Assembly (NCBI GenBank): GCA_951406725.2
Contig: OX597842.1
Span: 19,964,001 to 20,028,000 of the forward strand
Direction: 5' to 3'
Origin: Octopus vulgaris
Lineage: Eukaryota
Length of the DNA: 64,000 bases
Part shown: positions 12,896 to 25,725 of the stretch, piece by piece
How positions within the stretch are numbered: position 1 is the first letter of the stretch
Layout: each line of letters opens with the position of its first letter
Position numbers and translations under genes: made by a program
The notes under the pieces: generated by a model
What the model was told of the DNA's origin: nothing
What the model saw: only the letters and a program-made list of their open reading frames with translations
Database searches by the model: none

Positions 12896-14131
12896 AGGAG
12901 TGGCTGTGTGGTAAGTAGCTTGCTTACCAACCGCATGGTTCCGGGTTCATTCCCACTGCGTGACACCTTGGGCAAGTGTCTTCTACTATAGCCACGAGAC
13001 GACCAAAGCCTTGGGAGTGGATTTGATAGACGGAAACTGAAAGAAGCCTGTCGTATATAATGTATGTGTGTGTGTTTATGTGTTTGTCCCCCCACCAACA
13101 TCGCGGACTATACTCGAGGATTTACGGTAGATAAAAACAGAACAAGCACACACACACACACACACACACACACAAGAACAAGCACGCACACACTATGGAG
13201 AAACATGAAATCGGATCTTTTCCTTTTGAACGGCAGTTTGTAACATAATTTCTAGGTGACTAAAAAGTTTTAAACTTCGTATACTGGTAGAATGTGTTTA
13301 TAAAACATCTTTTTCTCTTGGCTTTATTGAGAACATTCTATAGTTTGTAAGATATTTGTTGTTGTTTTTTCTTTAACTTCTGCAATTTCAACCAAACAAT
13401 GGACGTCTATTGAGGTAAAAAACATTATATGCCGTATGAATATGTCCCTCGTTTAAGAAACAGATTGAGTTTATTTACATTTGTGAAGAAAAAAAGATAC
13501 CCTTCTCCCCACCCCTAACCCTAAAACAGATTGAAATGCAATAGATCGATACTAGGGTCATAATTATGGGTGACAATTTCATATGACACCGCTAGAAAAA
13601 ACTGCCGTTCAAACTGAAAAGATCCCATGTGTGTGTATGCATATATATGTAGGTAAATGGATATGTAAGTAAACAGATAGATAGGTACATAGGTAATATA
13701 GACATATGTACATTGTCACAAAAACCCATACACAGACACACATAAGGAGACAGAGGTACACACACACGCACACAAACATGAATATGCAGAATACATGCAT
13801 ACAAACATAGACACACAGATAAATGCATGCAAACATACATACATCTGTGTATGCACACACACACACTGACCCACACATATGCGCACAAACAAAGAGAATG
13901 CAGCTTGGATAATGTACAGAGTCAATGACTCTTGAAAAGATTGCAAGATGCAATGAAAATTTTAGAAAAAATAAATAAGTAAATGAGTGGAAATCAAACC
14001 AGTGAGTGTGTTAAATAATAAAGCACTAACAGAGAATGACTTTCCCCAGACACAATAAATTAGAAATAGTTGTTCTAGCATAATTTTAGATACAAAAACT
14101 AGTTTTCACTTTACTAAATTACCAAGAGTAT

Positions 14132-14345
14132 ATGGAGAAGTTGTTACTGTCTTCTGAGGATCTGGGATGCCAAATGTCACTCAAAATTCACTTTCACCAC
14201 TCCCATCTCAACTTCTTTCGTCTCAAGCTTGGAGTAGTGGGTGATGGGCATGGAGGAAGGTTCTACCTAGATATTACTGAGATGGAGAGCAACTACCAAG
14301 GCAAAGTGGAAACCCTGCATGATGGGGGACATTTGCTGGATGCTC
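14132..14345 (+). mobile_element. Degenerate DNA transposase C-terminus (Chapaev/CMC-like)
   Basis: LGCQMSLKIHFHHSHLNFF..GVVGDGHGGRFYLDI..YQGK resembles the HFLHSHLDFF..SDEHGERFHQDI motif. Confidence 0.55.
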
Positions 14346-14427
14346 TTGTATGACATCCCAGAGACAAAGTATACAAGATTGCCCCCCAAAAATTCACTTC
14401 TGTCTGCTGTACTGTGATTTGTGTATA

Positions 14428-14817
14428 CTCTCTTTTACTCTTTTACTCGTTTCAGTCATTTGACTGCGGCCATGCTGAAGCACCGCCTTTAATCGAGCTT
14501 ATTCTTTGTAAGCCCAGTACTTATTCTATTGGTCTCTTTTTGCCGAACCGCTAAGTGACGAGGACATAAACACACCAGCATCGGTTGTCAAGCAATGCTA
14601 GGGGTACAAACACTGACACACAAACACATATATATATATATATACATATATACGACGGGCTTCTTTCAGTTTCCGTCTACCAAATCCACTCACAAGGCAT
14701 TGGTCGGCCCGAGGCTATAGCAGAAGACACTTGCCCAAGGTGCCACGCAGTAGGACTAAACCCGGAACCATGTGGTTGGTAAGCAAGCTACTTACCACAC
14801 AGCCACTCCTGCGCCTA
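14428..14817 (-). mobile_element. SINE family A, full length
   Basis: Reverse complement of the family A consensus. Confidence 0.9.
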
Positions 14818-15714
14818 TTGTATTATCCAAGTAATTTACTTCCATCAATGTTCTGTATCTATGCCGTTTTTTTTTTTTTGCCTTTGTAACAGATGAAATA
14901 AACACATTATATTCTGAAACTATATGCAGTATAATTAAAATGGGATATGTGAAAGCAAAAAAAAAAACTAGAAGTGATAGAGCAAGACAGTTCAGAAAAT
15001 TGAATTCACCACATCAAAATTAGTAAAAGACACCTATTCACATACTTACCTCAGAGCGAAAAAAAATTCTTCACAGTCCTTGGTAAATTCCGTTCTCGTA
15101 ACTGTTTTCACAGCTTCATACTCAACCCAGCTTGATTTTCCAAATTGCTGTTTTCACAGTTCCATACCAAATTCGTGATAAATAAAGAATCAATGCAGAT
15201 ATGTGAGAGGTCAGCTTAATCATTACTTAAACAGTGAAACGAAAGTCTTATTATTTTAGTATTTGGTCTGTAAATGTTGTTTCCTATTTGATTCTATTTA
15301 TAAATGAGAGGAAATGACTATTTTCAACTCCTCTCAAATACAATGTTCATATAAGATTGAGTCTGTATTTTCATGAAGCCTTGTTTAAAAAAAATCTAGC
15401 AGTAAATGTCGTATATAAATGAACCCCAAGCCTTTGTCATAACCAAAGCTACACTCTGTCTTAAACTGTTGTTTCTCTCTTATTTCAGAATATCAGAGGA
15501 CATTGGCATCAGAGGAATTTTACTGCAGAAGCGTCATCAATATTTATCATATTTTGAAGTCGATGTTACACAGAACTGGACAGAAGAATCCTGTTTCTGT
15601 AATTAACAGACACTCCTGCGCCTTTAAATATAAACAACATTAATGGGTTCTCATTAGAGGCGTCTGCATCATTCTGAGAGCCTTCCTCTTTGGTGAATTA
15701 CTCTCTGAAGTAGA

Positions 15715-15790
15715 TCACTTGACCACTCACAGACTCATTCATTAGGAGAGAAACCATGTCATTGTGATATCTGTGATGAATGGTTTCAGG
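15715..15790 (+). pseudogene. C2H2 zinc-finger relic (plus strand)
   Basis: HLTTHRLIH, frameshift, GEKPCHCDICDEWF; acceptor-like tatttcag upstream at ~15488. Confidence 0.7.
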
Positions 15791-16499
15791 AAGGTTTCCA
15801 GTAATACAGGTCAGGGATCTTTTCCGTTTGACTGGCAGTTTTTAAAAATAATTTCCACGTAACTAAACACTTTTAAACTTCGTATACTGGTAGAATATGT
15901 TTATAAAACATCTTTTTCTCTTGGCTTTATTGAGAAAATTCTATAGTTTGTAAGATATTTGGGATGTTTTCGGTTTGAACGGCAGTTTTTTAAAATAATT
16001 TCCACGTAACTAAACACTTTTAAACTTCGTATACTGGTAGAATGTGTTTATAAAACATCTTTTTCTCTTGGCTTTATTGAGAAAATTCCATAGTTTATAA
16101 GATATTTGTTGTTTTTCCCTTCAATTTCTGCAATTTCAACCAATCAATGACGTCTCTTGAGGTGAAAACATTCTCTGCCGTATGAATATGTCCCTCGTTT
16201 AAGAAACAGATTGGGTTTATTAACATTTCTGAAGAAATAAGATACCTTCCCCGCACCCCTAACCCTAGAGCAGATTGAAATGCAATAGATCGATACTAGG
16301 GTCATAATTATGGGTGACATTTTGATATATAACACTGCTAGAAAAAAATCCCATTTTCTGTAGCGGTTTCTTCATTAAAAGAAGAATTTCCTGAAGGCCA
16401 TGAACAATATTGATACAGTCACTCTTCTCTATGATGAGAAATATATCTGTAGTTAATTGTCTTTTTTCAGAGAAGGATATACCACAGAATCAGTTACAT

Positions 16500-16593
16500 G
16501 GTTTCTCTTCCATATCAATGTGTGTCTGTGTTTATCTAAGAGATTTATTTGAGAGAACCATTCACCACAGATATCACAATGACATGGTTTCTC
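16500..16593 (-). pseudogene. C2H2 zinc-finger relic (minus strand)
   Basis: EKPCHCDICGEWFSQINLLDKHRHT in ORF 16453-16638. Confidence 0.7.
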
Positions 16594-16615
16594 TAATTTC
16601 CACGTAACTAAACAG

Positions 16616-17152
16616 CCAGGGATACAGGCATCCAACAACAGGACCTCCGTAATGCTATGATGGACCGTGAAGTCTGGCGTAGCATAGTAAATTCTATTGT
16701 CTCAACCACGGTTGTGATACCAGAGGGCGCACACTCTCCTACCCTAATGTAATCTCCAGGGATACAGGCATCCAGCGACAGGACCTCCGTAATGCTATGA
16801 TGGACCGTTAAGTCTGGCGTAGCATAGTAAATTCTATTGTCTCAACCACGGTTGTGATACCAGAGGGCACACACTCTCCTACCCTAATGTAATCTCCAGG
16901 GATACAGGCATCCAGTAACAGGACCTCCGTAATGCTATGATGGACCGTGAAGTCTGGCGTAGCATAGTAAATTCCATTGTCTCGAACACGGTCACGATAC
17001 CAGAGGACGCACACTCTCCTACCCTGATGTAATCTCCAGGGATACAGGCATCCAGCAACAGGACTTCCGTAATGCTATGATGGACCGTGAAGTCTGGCGT
17101 AGCATGGTAAATTCCATTGTCTTGACCACGGTCAAACAATGATGATGATGAT
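16616..17152 (+). repeat. ~4 x 140-bp tandem copies of an RTE-like LINE 3' end with (TGA)n tail
   Basis: GATACAGGCATCC at 16621, 16761, 16901, 17041. Confidence 0.85.
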
Positions 17153-17200
17153 ATCTAATTCTCTCCCAATTTTACCATTTGTCTGTCGTAGTTCACTGTG

Positions 17201-17585
17201 GTGGAAGCACTCCGTCGGTTACGACGACGAGGGTTCCGGTTGATCCGATCAACGGAACAGCCTGCTTGTGAAATTAACGTGTAAGTGGCTGAGCACTCCA
17301 CAGACACGTGCACCCTTAAGGTAGTTCTCGGGGATATTCAGCGTGACACAGAGAGTGACAAGGCCAGCCCTTTGAAATACAGGTGCAACAGAAACAGGAA
17401 GTAAGAGTGAGAGAAAGTTGTGGTGAAAGAGTACAGCAGGGATCACCACCATCCCTGCCGGAGCCTCATGGAGCTTTTAGGTGTTTTCGCTCAATAAACA
17501 CTCACAACGCCCGGTCTGGGAATCGAAACTGCGATCCTACGACTGCGAGTCCGCTGCCCTAACCACTGGGCCATTGCACCTCCAC
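17201..17585 (-). mobile_element. tRNA-derived SINE family C with 11-bp TSD
   Basis: AGTTCACTGTG at 17190-17200 and 17586-17596; copies at ~23400-23786 and ~52465-52851. Confidence 0.9.
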
Positions 17586-18991
17586 AGTTCACTGTGAACC
17601 TGAAAGGAAAGATTTCTCAACTTTTATGGCATTCACAACCATCCAATAACACAAAAAAACGTTGGACACTTGACAATAATTTATAATTTTATGCAAGAAA
17701 TAATCAGCGTTTCAGATATAAAAATAAATAAACAATTATACAGAAAAGGAAATAAAATCGCCAAAGGTCCTTGACTTGCTTAAAGAAAACAACTTCCGGC
17801 CAGATTCCCGAAGCAGTAGGAATTGTGGGGCCTGTGTATTGCTGTGAAAGGTGAGTATTTCACAGGAGATGTTGTTAAAACTTTGGTAAATTAGTAATTT
17901 TTATGAAACATAGCTTGTCTGAGAAATTTTTGATACCATCTCATATTTTTCTTGCAAATTCTGTAAAGAGTCTTTATTTTTTTTTAATAAATAAATATTT
18001 TGATTTTGTTGGCTTATTTTTCTGTTGTTTTTATCTTATATAACATGTCTTTACATGATACACGTATAATACAATACCACATTAAAATACAAATCCTAAA
18101 CCAAAAGAAACACAAACAGGAGGTGCAGCAAGTACCCTTATAGGGATCACCGAACGCATTCTGTAAGGCAAGGCGCCAACAATGGTAAGAACTTCACTGT
18201 GGCAAATGTCACAGGTGGAAGAAATGGGTCACACTTCATTTCCTATGCTTAAGGATTTTGTTCTCGTTGGCTACGGAAGCAGTGACCCTTTGATTATAAT
18301 TGAAGATATTTATGCTAAAGCAATGGGTATACACATGCAAATGTACCCCACCGACTTTGTTTCTTCATAACTTCTGGAAAAATGAGTATTTTTAAATGAA
18401 AATTTTCAGAGATACCCTTAAGAAAGTGTAGATTGCAATTATATTGGAATAGCACATGTTGGTGGGACACCACACACACACATACACATCACATTCTTTT
18501 GCATTCTAAGATTCAGTCAAAATTTTCAAATTTGGAATATTCATGTAATTTTCCATGCTGAATCTGCTACCGCTCACTTTTTCTGGACATAATTTTTTAA
18601 AAAGTGGACCTTTTCTGTTTGTGTTTTTCCCTTCAGCTCCTTCGGTTTCAAATTTATTGATTTCGAGTTTAGTGTATTGATGTAGTTTTGTCTGTTAATT
18701 ATATAAATGAAATTAGTTGTTGTCCTAAATTGATAAATATACAGTTAATAGCTTTTAAGATTTTTAAATTCCCAGTAAAAGACGGAGCAGAGTTTTGGAA
18801 GAAATATTGCTAAAATATGGATATAATTTATTTAAAAAACCAACTATGCCAATGCAATCAGTGAAAGTCTTAATCTGATAAATAGAATTGTTTTTTCCTT
18901 TTAGAGGATAAATATAGATAAAAAAACACAAATTGTAGCGTTCTTATACAAATGTTTATTTCTTAAAATATTTGCAGCAGAAGAAAGAGAG

Positions 18992-21900
18992 TCAGACAAG
19001 GATTGCAGCAAGGATGAGTATGCCAAGAATGATTCCGACAATCTCGAGTGTTCTGAGGGGTCTTGATCCACTAAGTTCAGGTTTCGGATCTGCAATTGAC
19101 AAACAATAAAATATATACCTTTTGTTTTTAATAAAAAATAGTAATATCTCCCAAGTTTGACCATTTTCATACTAAACTATTAAAAAATACTTTTGTTTCT
19201 GTTATACAAATTCCATTTCAAAGTGATATAAAAGGAAAAGTCCCCATCAAAATTTCCAGTAACACTATGTTGCACACATAAGCTTGGTTATATAAAGCCT
19301 TGTGAGTGGATTTGGTAGACGGAAACTGAAAGAATCCCATCGTATATATGATTATATATATGTGTGTTTGTGTGTCCTCCCAGTACCGCTTGATAACCGA
19401 TGCTGGTGTGTCTACGTCCACGTTACTTAGCGGTTCGGCAAAAGAGAACCGATAGAATAAGTACTAGGCTTACAAAGAATAAATCCTGGGGTCGATTTCC
19501 TCGACTCAAGGCGGTGCTCCAGCATGGCCACAGTCAAATGACTGAAACAAGTAAAAAGAGAAAGAGAAAGAGAATATAACCCCCCACACACACACCTTGG
19601 TATTGACCCCCTCATCCTTTGCCCTTGTGGCAAATAAAAGAAACCCTTATTATATACAACTATCACCTGAGTCCATTGTGAAGATGGCCCCTCTACTTTC
19701 CTTCAACCAAGAAGGGCAACCAGTATTTATCTGCTCGGGGCCCATGGCAAAGGGGATCATATAGTGGACATGTCTGAAAGGGCTGAAGACCAGCAATTGC
19801 CATTTTGTCAAAACCCTAATAAACTTTGTCAGGTTTCACTTGAAGAGGAAAATCAAGGTGGAGAGGTAAGTGCTGGCTTCCAAGCAGTTTGTTGAAAGGT
19901 GGGTGAGAGGGGTGAGCATTACCTGAGTGAATGGGCCTTCTCTCAGAGTGTACCTGTATATTGGAGAGGAAAGACCAGGAGAGGGCATCCACCCTGGTGG
20001 TCAGGGAGACCATGGATTTTGTGGGCTTTCTTTACGTGTGGCCCTTCAAAGTCCCCAAACTATCAGGGATGTTACTTTGACTTTCTTTTATTCTTTGTAT
20101 GACTTTTTACATGCTAAAACCCACACTGGACCCTCCCGAATGTTTTGCTTTGTGTTAGCCCTCTGTGGTTAATAAAGAAATTACTATAAATCATTTCCTT
20201 ACTCTTTATCTCCAAATCAATTCTTCCAATATTAAGGTTGTCATCTTCAAATTTCCAAGTCAAACATTTCTCAGTTACGTTTCTGATCCAAAGCGTGGAG
20301 GTATCTCTTAAATGAGTCACTTTATAGTCAGGGCCATCAGCGCATGTCCTGTCACATTCATATTTATAATTCTGGCACTTCCAAACCACCGGTCGTTTCA
20401 TATTAGGTATTGTTATCGAAAGGGTGAGGTTTCCATTGAGCACAGCAGGTCCTGAAATAACGAAATCAGTTAAGAAGTTTGCTTCCAAATCATATGGTCC
20501 TGGGTTCAGTCCCACTACACAGCACCTTGGGAAAGTGTCTTCTACTACAGCCTCAGCCTTGTGAGTGGATTTGGTAGATGGAAATTGAAAGAAGCCCATT
20601 GTATGTATATGTGTGTGTGTTTGTGTATGTATATGTGTGTGTATATATATACATACACACTTGTGTGTTTCAAAGCCTTGTGAGTGTATTTGATAGATGG
20701 AAACTGAAAGAAGCCCATTATTTATATATATGTATATATATATGTAAATAGAAAATTATTATTTCTAAGTCACTGAACAAGAAACATTCAGTAACATTAA
20801 TCGAGAGTAAAGATTACTTGCCAACATAATATGGCAGTCCTAGCTAGGATGATTGTTACTGTTATTTAGCCCCAGGAAACACTGCCTCCAGCTGGGTATA
20901 TGACACGCTATCTATGTCTTATGGGATGCTAAACTCCCTTGTTTGAAAATATAAGGATGCAGCTAGTGCGTCATATAGCCAGCTGGAGACGATGTTTACT
21001 AGGGCTAAAGAACAGTAACAATCGTCCTAACCAGGACCGCCACATTATGTTGGCGAATAATCTTTACCCTAGAGTACTGTTACTCAATGTCTTGTTCAGA
21101 GATTTAGAAATAATTTTCTATTTGTTAGATCAGTGACTGTGTGTCACTTTGAAAAGTATATATTTTGGACTAGAGTTTAGTGGAGTCATCTCTAGCTGAG
21201 CAGTTATTCTGTGCTGATGAAGGGAAATAACCCAGAGACCATTGGTATGCAGATAGATGATGTTTCCTAAGACTAAATTTACAGTATCATTCGTCCTAAC
21301 CAAGACTGCCACATTATGTTGGCAAATATATATATATATAAGTTCAGCAAAAATTTAGATTCAAATGAATATGGTACTTAATTTAGATGCACCAGAATTT
21401 TGTATGGTGTTATCCATAGAAATCCGTGGGGTGATTATAATGAAAATAAGCAACAAGAATGACTCCAGTAATTTGGTACGATCGTTTCGTACTACATCAT
21501 TTTATTAAATTTTGTAAGTATTACAACAGTTTTAAAATACTGAGCACTCATCAGCCAATTATAGAGGTTTTCTGTTAATACAAAAATTTTCATATCACGT
21601 GGCAACATTATAGAGAAGGTAGATATATAGACAAAGATGTGGATTTTAATTTTAAGAACGTATGATGTAGTGGAACAACCAAATCTTAGTACCTCATATG
21701 TTCTTAAAATTTAAATCCACATCTTTGTCTATATATCTACCTTCTCTATAATGTTGCCACTTGATTTGATAACTTTTTTATTAATGGAAAGCCTCTATAA
21801 CTGGCTGATGAGTACTCAGCATCTTATAGAGGGATTAGGCTATTATCAGCTCCCGGAAAAGATTTTAACAGGATACTTTTAGAGATGATGCGGACAGCAG

Positions 21901-24900
21901 TAAAGAAGAAGCTGGATTTAGGAAAAACCGTTCATGTGGAGATCAAACCGCCACTCTTTGTATCATTGTAGAGCAAAGCGCAGAGTGGAATGCACTCTAT
22001 CTGCGACAATTTCATCTCAATCGAAGAAGAGGGGCTTTCTCCGTCCGGGTTGCGGATCCGTGGAATAAGCTGCCGGACGAGATAGTGAAGATGCCGACGA
22101 CCGCTCGATTCAAAGTCTCCCTTGACCACAAATGGCCTGAACTCTTTGCATGAACACCACCCTGTACATAACTCCATGTCCCCCTAAATGGCCTTGCTTT
22201 TTTGCTTTTTGAGCCCAAAAATTAACTTAACTTACCTTAACTTAGCTTAACTTGGATATAGAAAGAAAGGTAGGCCTAAGAACTAGTGGCGTAGATCAAC
22301 AAAAAACGAACTAGAGAAAGGGGGACATTCATGGCAGAGTATAAGTACAGAGGCGAAAAATTATGCAACATAGAATTCAATTATGAGTAGCCTATATTCC
22401 ACGTTGGAGGGTCAAATGTAGGAAGGAAGAATATATTTACCACTTTGGGTGATCTTGTAAATGTTTGCACTTGACAAATCTGTAAAAGATGAAAAGAGAA
22501 ATTTTGATTTTAAGATGAAATAATTCAAAACAATGTGAATAAATGAACATTACATTTCACAGTAATTTGATTGCTAAAGGATTAAACCAGCCATATCTGT
22601 TTTATATTCTAAGTGGCTGGGTCCAGCCCCTCACACCTACCCTACAATGTCAGTCTAAAAATAAACAATCACATCAGCAAAATGTCAAAACTACAAAATA
22701 AAGAATGATTAATTCAAAAACCAAGTCTAAAGGAGCATTACATTAAACGGAATAAACTGATTGCTAACGAGTTAAAGTAGCCATACCTAGCACAAAGATT
22801 CTACCTGTTTCGTGTTTAAACTGGTAATGGGTCAGCCTTTTGCACCTGTCTTACAATGTCATTCTAAAAATGAACGGACAAGGACTGCTATGTAAAGAAG
22901 TGCTGATCTTTAACTGCGGAGGCAATCTGTGGAAGAGGTGGACCCTGAAAGGTGCAGGACAAAACGGTGGAACATGAGGGCTTTGGATGTTGAGGCTGAC
23001 ATGTATTGATAAGTGACTGCGATTGCCAAAAAAACTCATATTGCTCAGAAACTGCCAAAAGACATTGACGAAAAAATTTGTTCTGAAGGAGTGTAAAATG
23101 TTTGGGTTCTCCCTAGAAAATATTGGAAACATAAATGAAATTCCCACGTATTTCGATAAACCAGGAAACACTACAGCAGACACAGAGGGAAACGAAGCTG
23201 TTAAAGTAAAAACATCTGAGAATTTATTAAATAATGACGGGTTGTGGTTAAGAAAACGAAGATCATGTCAACAGCAGCCACAACAAACACCAGCATCAAG
23301 ATCGATAATGAAGAGATTGAAGTGGTTGATCATTTCGTCTTCCTTGGCTCCAAAATAAATCGAGATGGTGACTGCACTCCAGAAATAAGACGGTGGATGG
23401 ATGGAAGCACTCCGTCGGTTACGACGACGAGGGTTCCGGTTGATCCGAATCAACGGAACAGACTGCTAGTGAAATTAACGTGTAAGTGGCTGAGCACTCC
23501 ACAGACACGTGTACCCTTAACGTAGTTCTTGGGGATATTCAGCATGACACAGAGAGTGACAAGGCCGGCCCTTTGAAATACAGGTACAACAGAAACAGGA
23601 AGTAAGAGTGAGAGAAAGTTGTGGTGAAAGAGTACAGCAGGGATCACCACCATCCCTGCCAGAGCCTCGTGGAGCTTTAGGTGTTTTCGCTCAATAAACA
23701 CTCACAACGCCCGGTCTGGGAATCGAAACCGCGATCCTATGACCGCGAGTCCACTGCCCTTACCACTGGGCCATTGCGCCTCCACAAGACGGCGGATAGT
23801 ACTAGGCAGAGAGGCAATGGTCAGCATGAGCAGGGCCTGGAAGAGTAGAGACATCAGACTCGCTACCAAATGCAGATTGGTGAATGCAATTGTCTTCCCA
23901 ATAGCAACATATGGATGTGAGACCTGGACACTAAAGAAAGCTGACCAGAAGAGAATTAATGCATTCGAGCTTTGGTGTTGGAGAAGACTTTTACGGATTC
24001 CATAGATAACGAGGCTCACCAATGGAGAAGTTCTTAAGCAGATCAGGCCAAAAATGTCACTAGAAGCTAGGATCACCAAGCATAGATTGGCATATTTCAG
24101 TCATATTATGCGGAGAAAATCTCTGGAGAAGGACATCATGCTTGGAATGGTCAGTGGCAAGAGAGGAAGAGGCTGACCAAGAACCCACTGGCTTGACACC
24201 ATCAAGAGTGATACTGGAATGAACATAGCCAATCTGAAAAAAGCGGCCCAGGATAGAACTGACTGGAGGACACTGATCCATCGAGTGACCGAGAGTCGAC
24301 TTTGACTGAGTGGATATATATATATATACATATTTTGGTCATATGATGCGGAGAAAATCCCTGGAGAAGGACATCATGCTCGGAATGGTCAGTGGCAAGA
24401 GAGGAAGAGGCCGACCAAGAACCCACTGGCTTGACACCATCAGGAGTGATACCGGAATGGACATAGCCAGTCTGAAAGAAGCGGCCCAGGATAGAACTGA
24501 CTGGAGGACACTGATCCATCGAGTGACCGAGAGTCGACTTCGACTGACCGGATAGAGAGATAGTGGTTTTGAAAGATAGTGGGTGATTCTCAAAGACAGT
24601 ACCAAGATTAGTGTTGTATGGGGTGGGTGATGGGTGTGAGGACTCACTGTTAATTAACCAGGGTGGGATATAGGGAATGTTTTGGGACCTGAGGTTCTGT
24701 AAATAAGTTGTTAATGAGGCAGATAATTTATAAAGTTAATCCAAACATGAAAGCACAAAAAAAACACAACACGAGGACATGGAACAAATATAGTATTATT
24801 GGACGCTCAGGAAAGAAGGAGGGTTTAATGTTTCGAGTGGAGCTCTTCATCGGAAACAAATGAGAAGGAAAGATCCAGAGAAGGGAAGACAGAGAATTTA

Positions 24901-25152
24901 TAAGTTGGATTGTGGTGGAAAATCATGAATTTTCCAAAATTTTCTTGCATAAAATGCATCAACAAAATTGGGAAAATCCCTACCAAAACAAAGAAAATCC
25001 TCCTTATGTGAGTGACCCCATTCCAGACCCCTGTGCACCTGAGTAAGTTTGCCTTAACAAAAATAAGTTATGGAAAGAAATTAAATAAAATATAAATAAA
25101 ACTTACAGACAAATGTTACAAACAAACAGCAGAACAAGATCCATTTAGCCAT
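18992..25152 (-). CDS. Gene A: 143-aa signal peptide + single atypical Ig-like domain + C-terminal hydrophobic (GPI-signal/TM) anchor; exons 25152-25107, 22479-22441, 20451-20203, 19089-18992
   Basis: All introns GT-AG and phase 1; spliced frame is open: MAKWILFCCLFVTFVYLSSANIYKITQSGPAVLNGNLTLSITIPNMKRPVVWKCQNYKYECDRTCADGPDYKVTHLRDTSTLWIRNVTEKCLTWKFEDDNLNIGRIDLEIKNPKPELSGSRPLRTLEIVGIILGILILAAILV*. Confidence 0.78.
19640..19960 (+). mobile_element. L1/Tx1-like retroelement C-terminal fragment in the intron (also ~54900-55200, ~61500-61780; related minus-strand pieces at 39300-39610 and 47120-47450)
   Basis: Shared F(F)RFHLKRK(I/V)xxE motif across copies; clade assignment is from memory. Confidence 0.5.
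20203..20451 (-). CDS. Ig-like domain exon, copy A (249 bp, phase 1-1)
   Basis: ttatttcag|GA..A|gtaagg; length and splice sites conserved in three copies. Confidence 0.85.
21535..21826. repeat. Long palindrome (foldback element); homolog at ~56710-57015
   Basis: TGAGCACTCATCAGCCAATTATAGAGG.. pairs with ..CCTCTATAACTGGCTGATGAGTACTCA. Confidence 0.8.
23246..24555 (+). mobile_element. RTE/BovB-like LINE 3' portion, interrupted by SINE C, with duplicated 3' end
   Basis: EVVDHFVFLGSKI..VFPIATYGCETWTL..AFELWCWRRLLRIP..GKRGRGRPRTHW. Confidence 0.9.
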
Positions 25153-25682
25153 GATCTGAAAAAATAATTTTCAAAAGTAGCAAAATAACAAAGTTTATAG
25201 CCCAGGGTCCGAGGCTGGTCAGGTTAAGAAAAACAAATAGTCAAAATGTCATCAGTCATTCTTTAATAGATTTATGGTCAAGCCTGTGGCATTGGAGATC
25301 TTATTCTTAACTATTTCGAATACTACAGAATGCTGTACAGTAGAGACAAGTGCAGTTTGAACCAGGTTGGTATCAAAAGGGTTAAGAATTGTTTCTCTAT
25401 TATATATTTTAACCCTTTTCTTACCATATTTCTGTTGAGATGCTCTGTGTTTCTTTCAATTAATTCTAAATATAACAAAGATCTTAGCAAAATAACTTAG
25501 TTACCATTTAGCTTGTGTAAGTAACATAAATTGCGACTAAGGTTTGGTGGTATATTTTAATTCAAAACTTATGAAAACAAGACATTTGTACTCAGAGCCA
25601 GAGGCCGGTTTCAGCTGGGTTGGTCACGGAAGGGTTAATGAGGATGAATTATTAAGAATAAGAATGACGAATAAAAACTTAC

Positions 25683-25725
25683 AAAATAATGCAGACAAAC
25701 AACAAAAGAACTTTAGAATGTCCAT
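25683..25725 (-). CDS. Second, paralogous signal-peptide exon upstream of gene A (MDILKFFCCLSALF, phase 1)
   Basis: ttttacag|ATCATG..|GTAAGT; same layout and FCCL motif as 25107-25152. Confidence 0.6.

Larger units (their letters stand above)
16996..23022. repeat. Segmental duplication, partner 52261-59858
   Basis: Same order of LINE end, SINE C, anchor exon, Ig-like exon, palindrome, RTE and mini-exon; homology breaks after GACTGCGATT. Confidence 0.92.

Noticed and set aside
18182-18370. 62-aa ORF shared with 53447-53635
   Set aside because: No more conserved than the surrounding duplicated non-coding DNA; no domain
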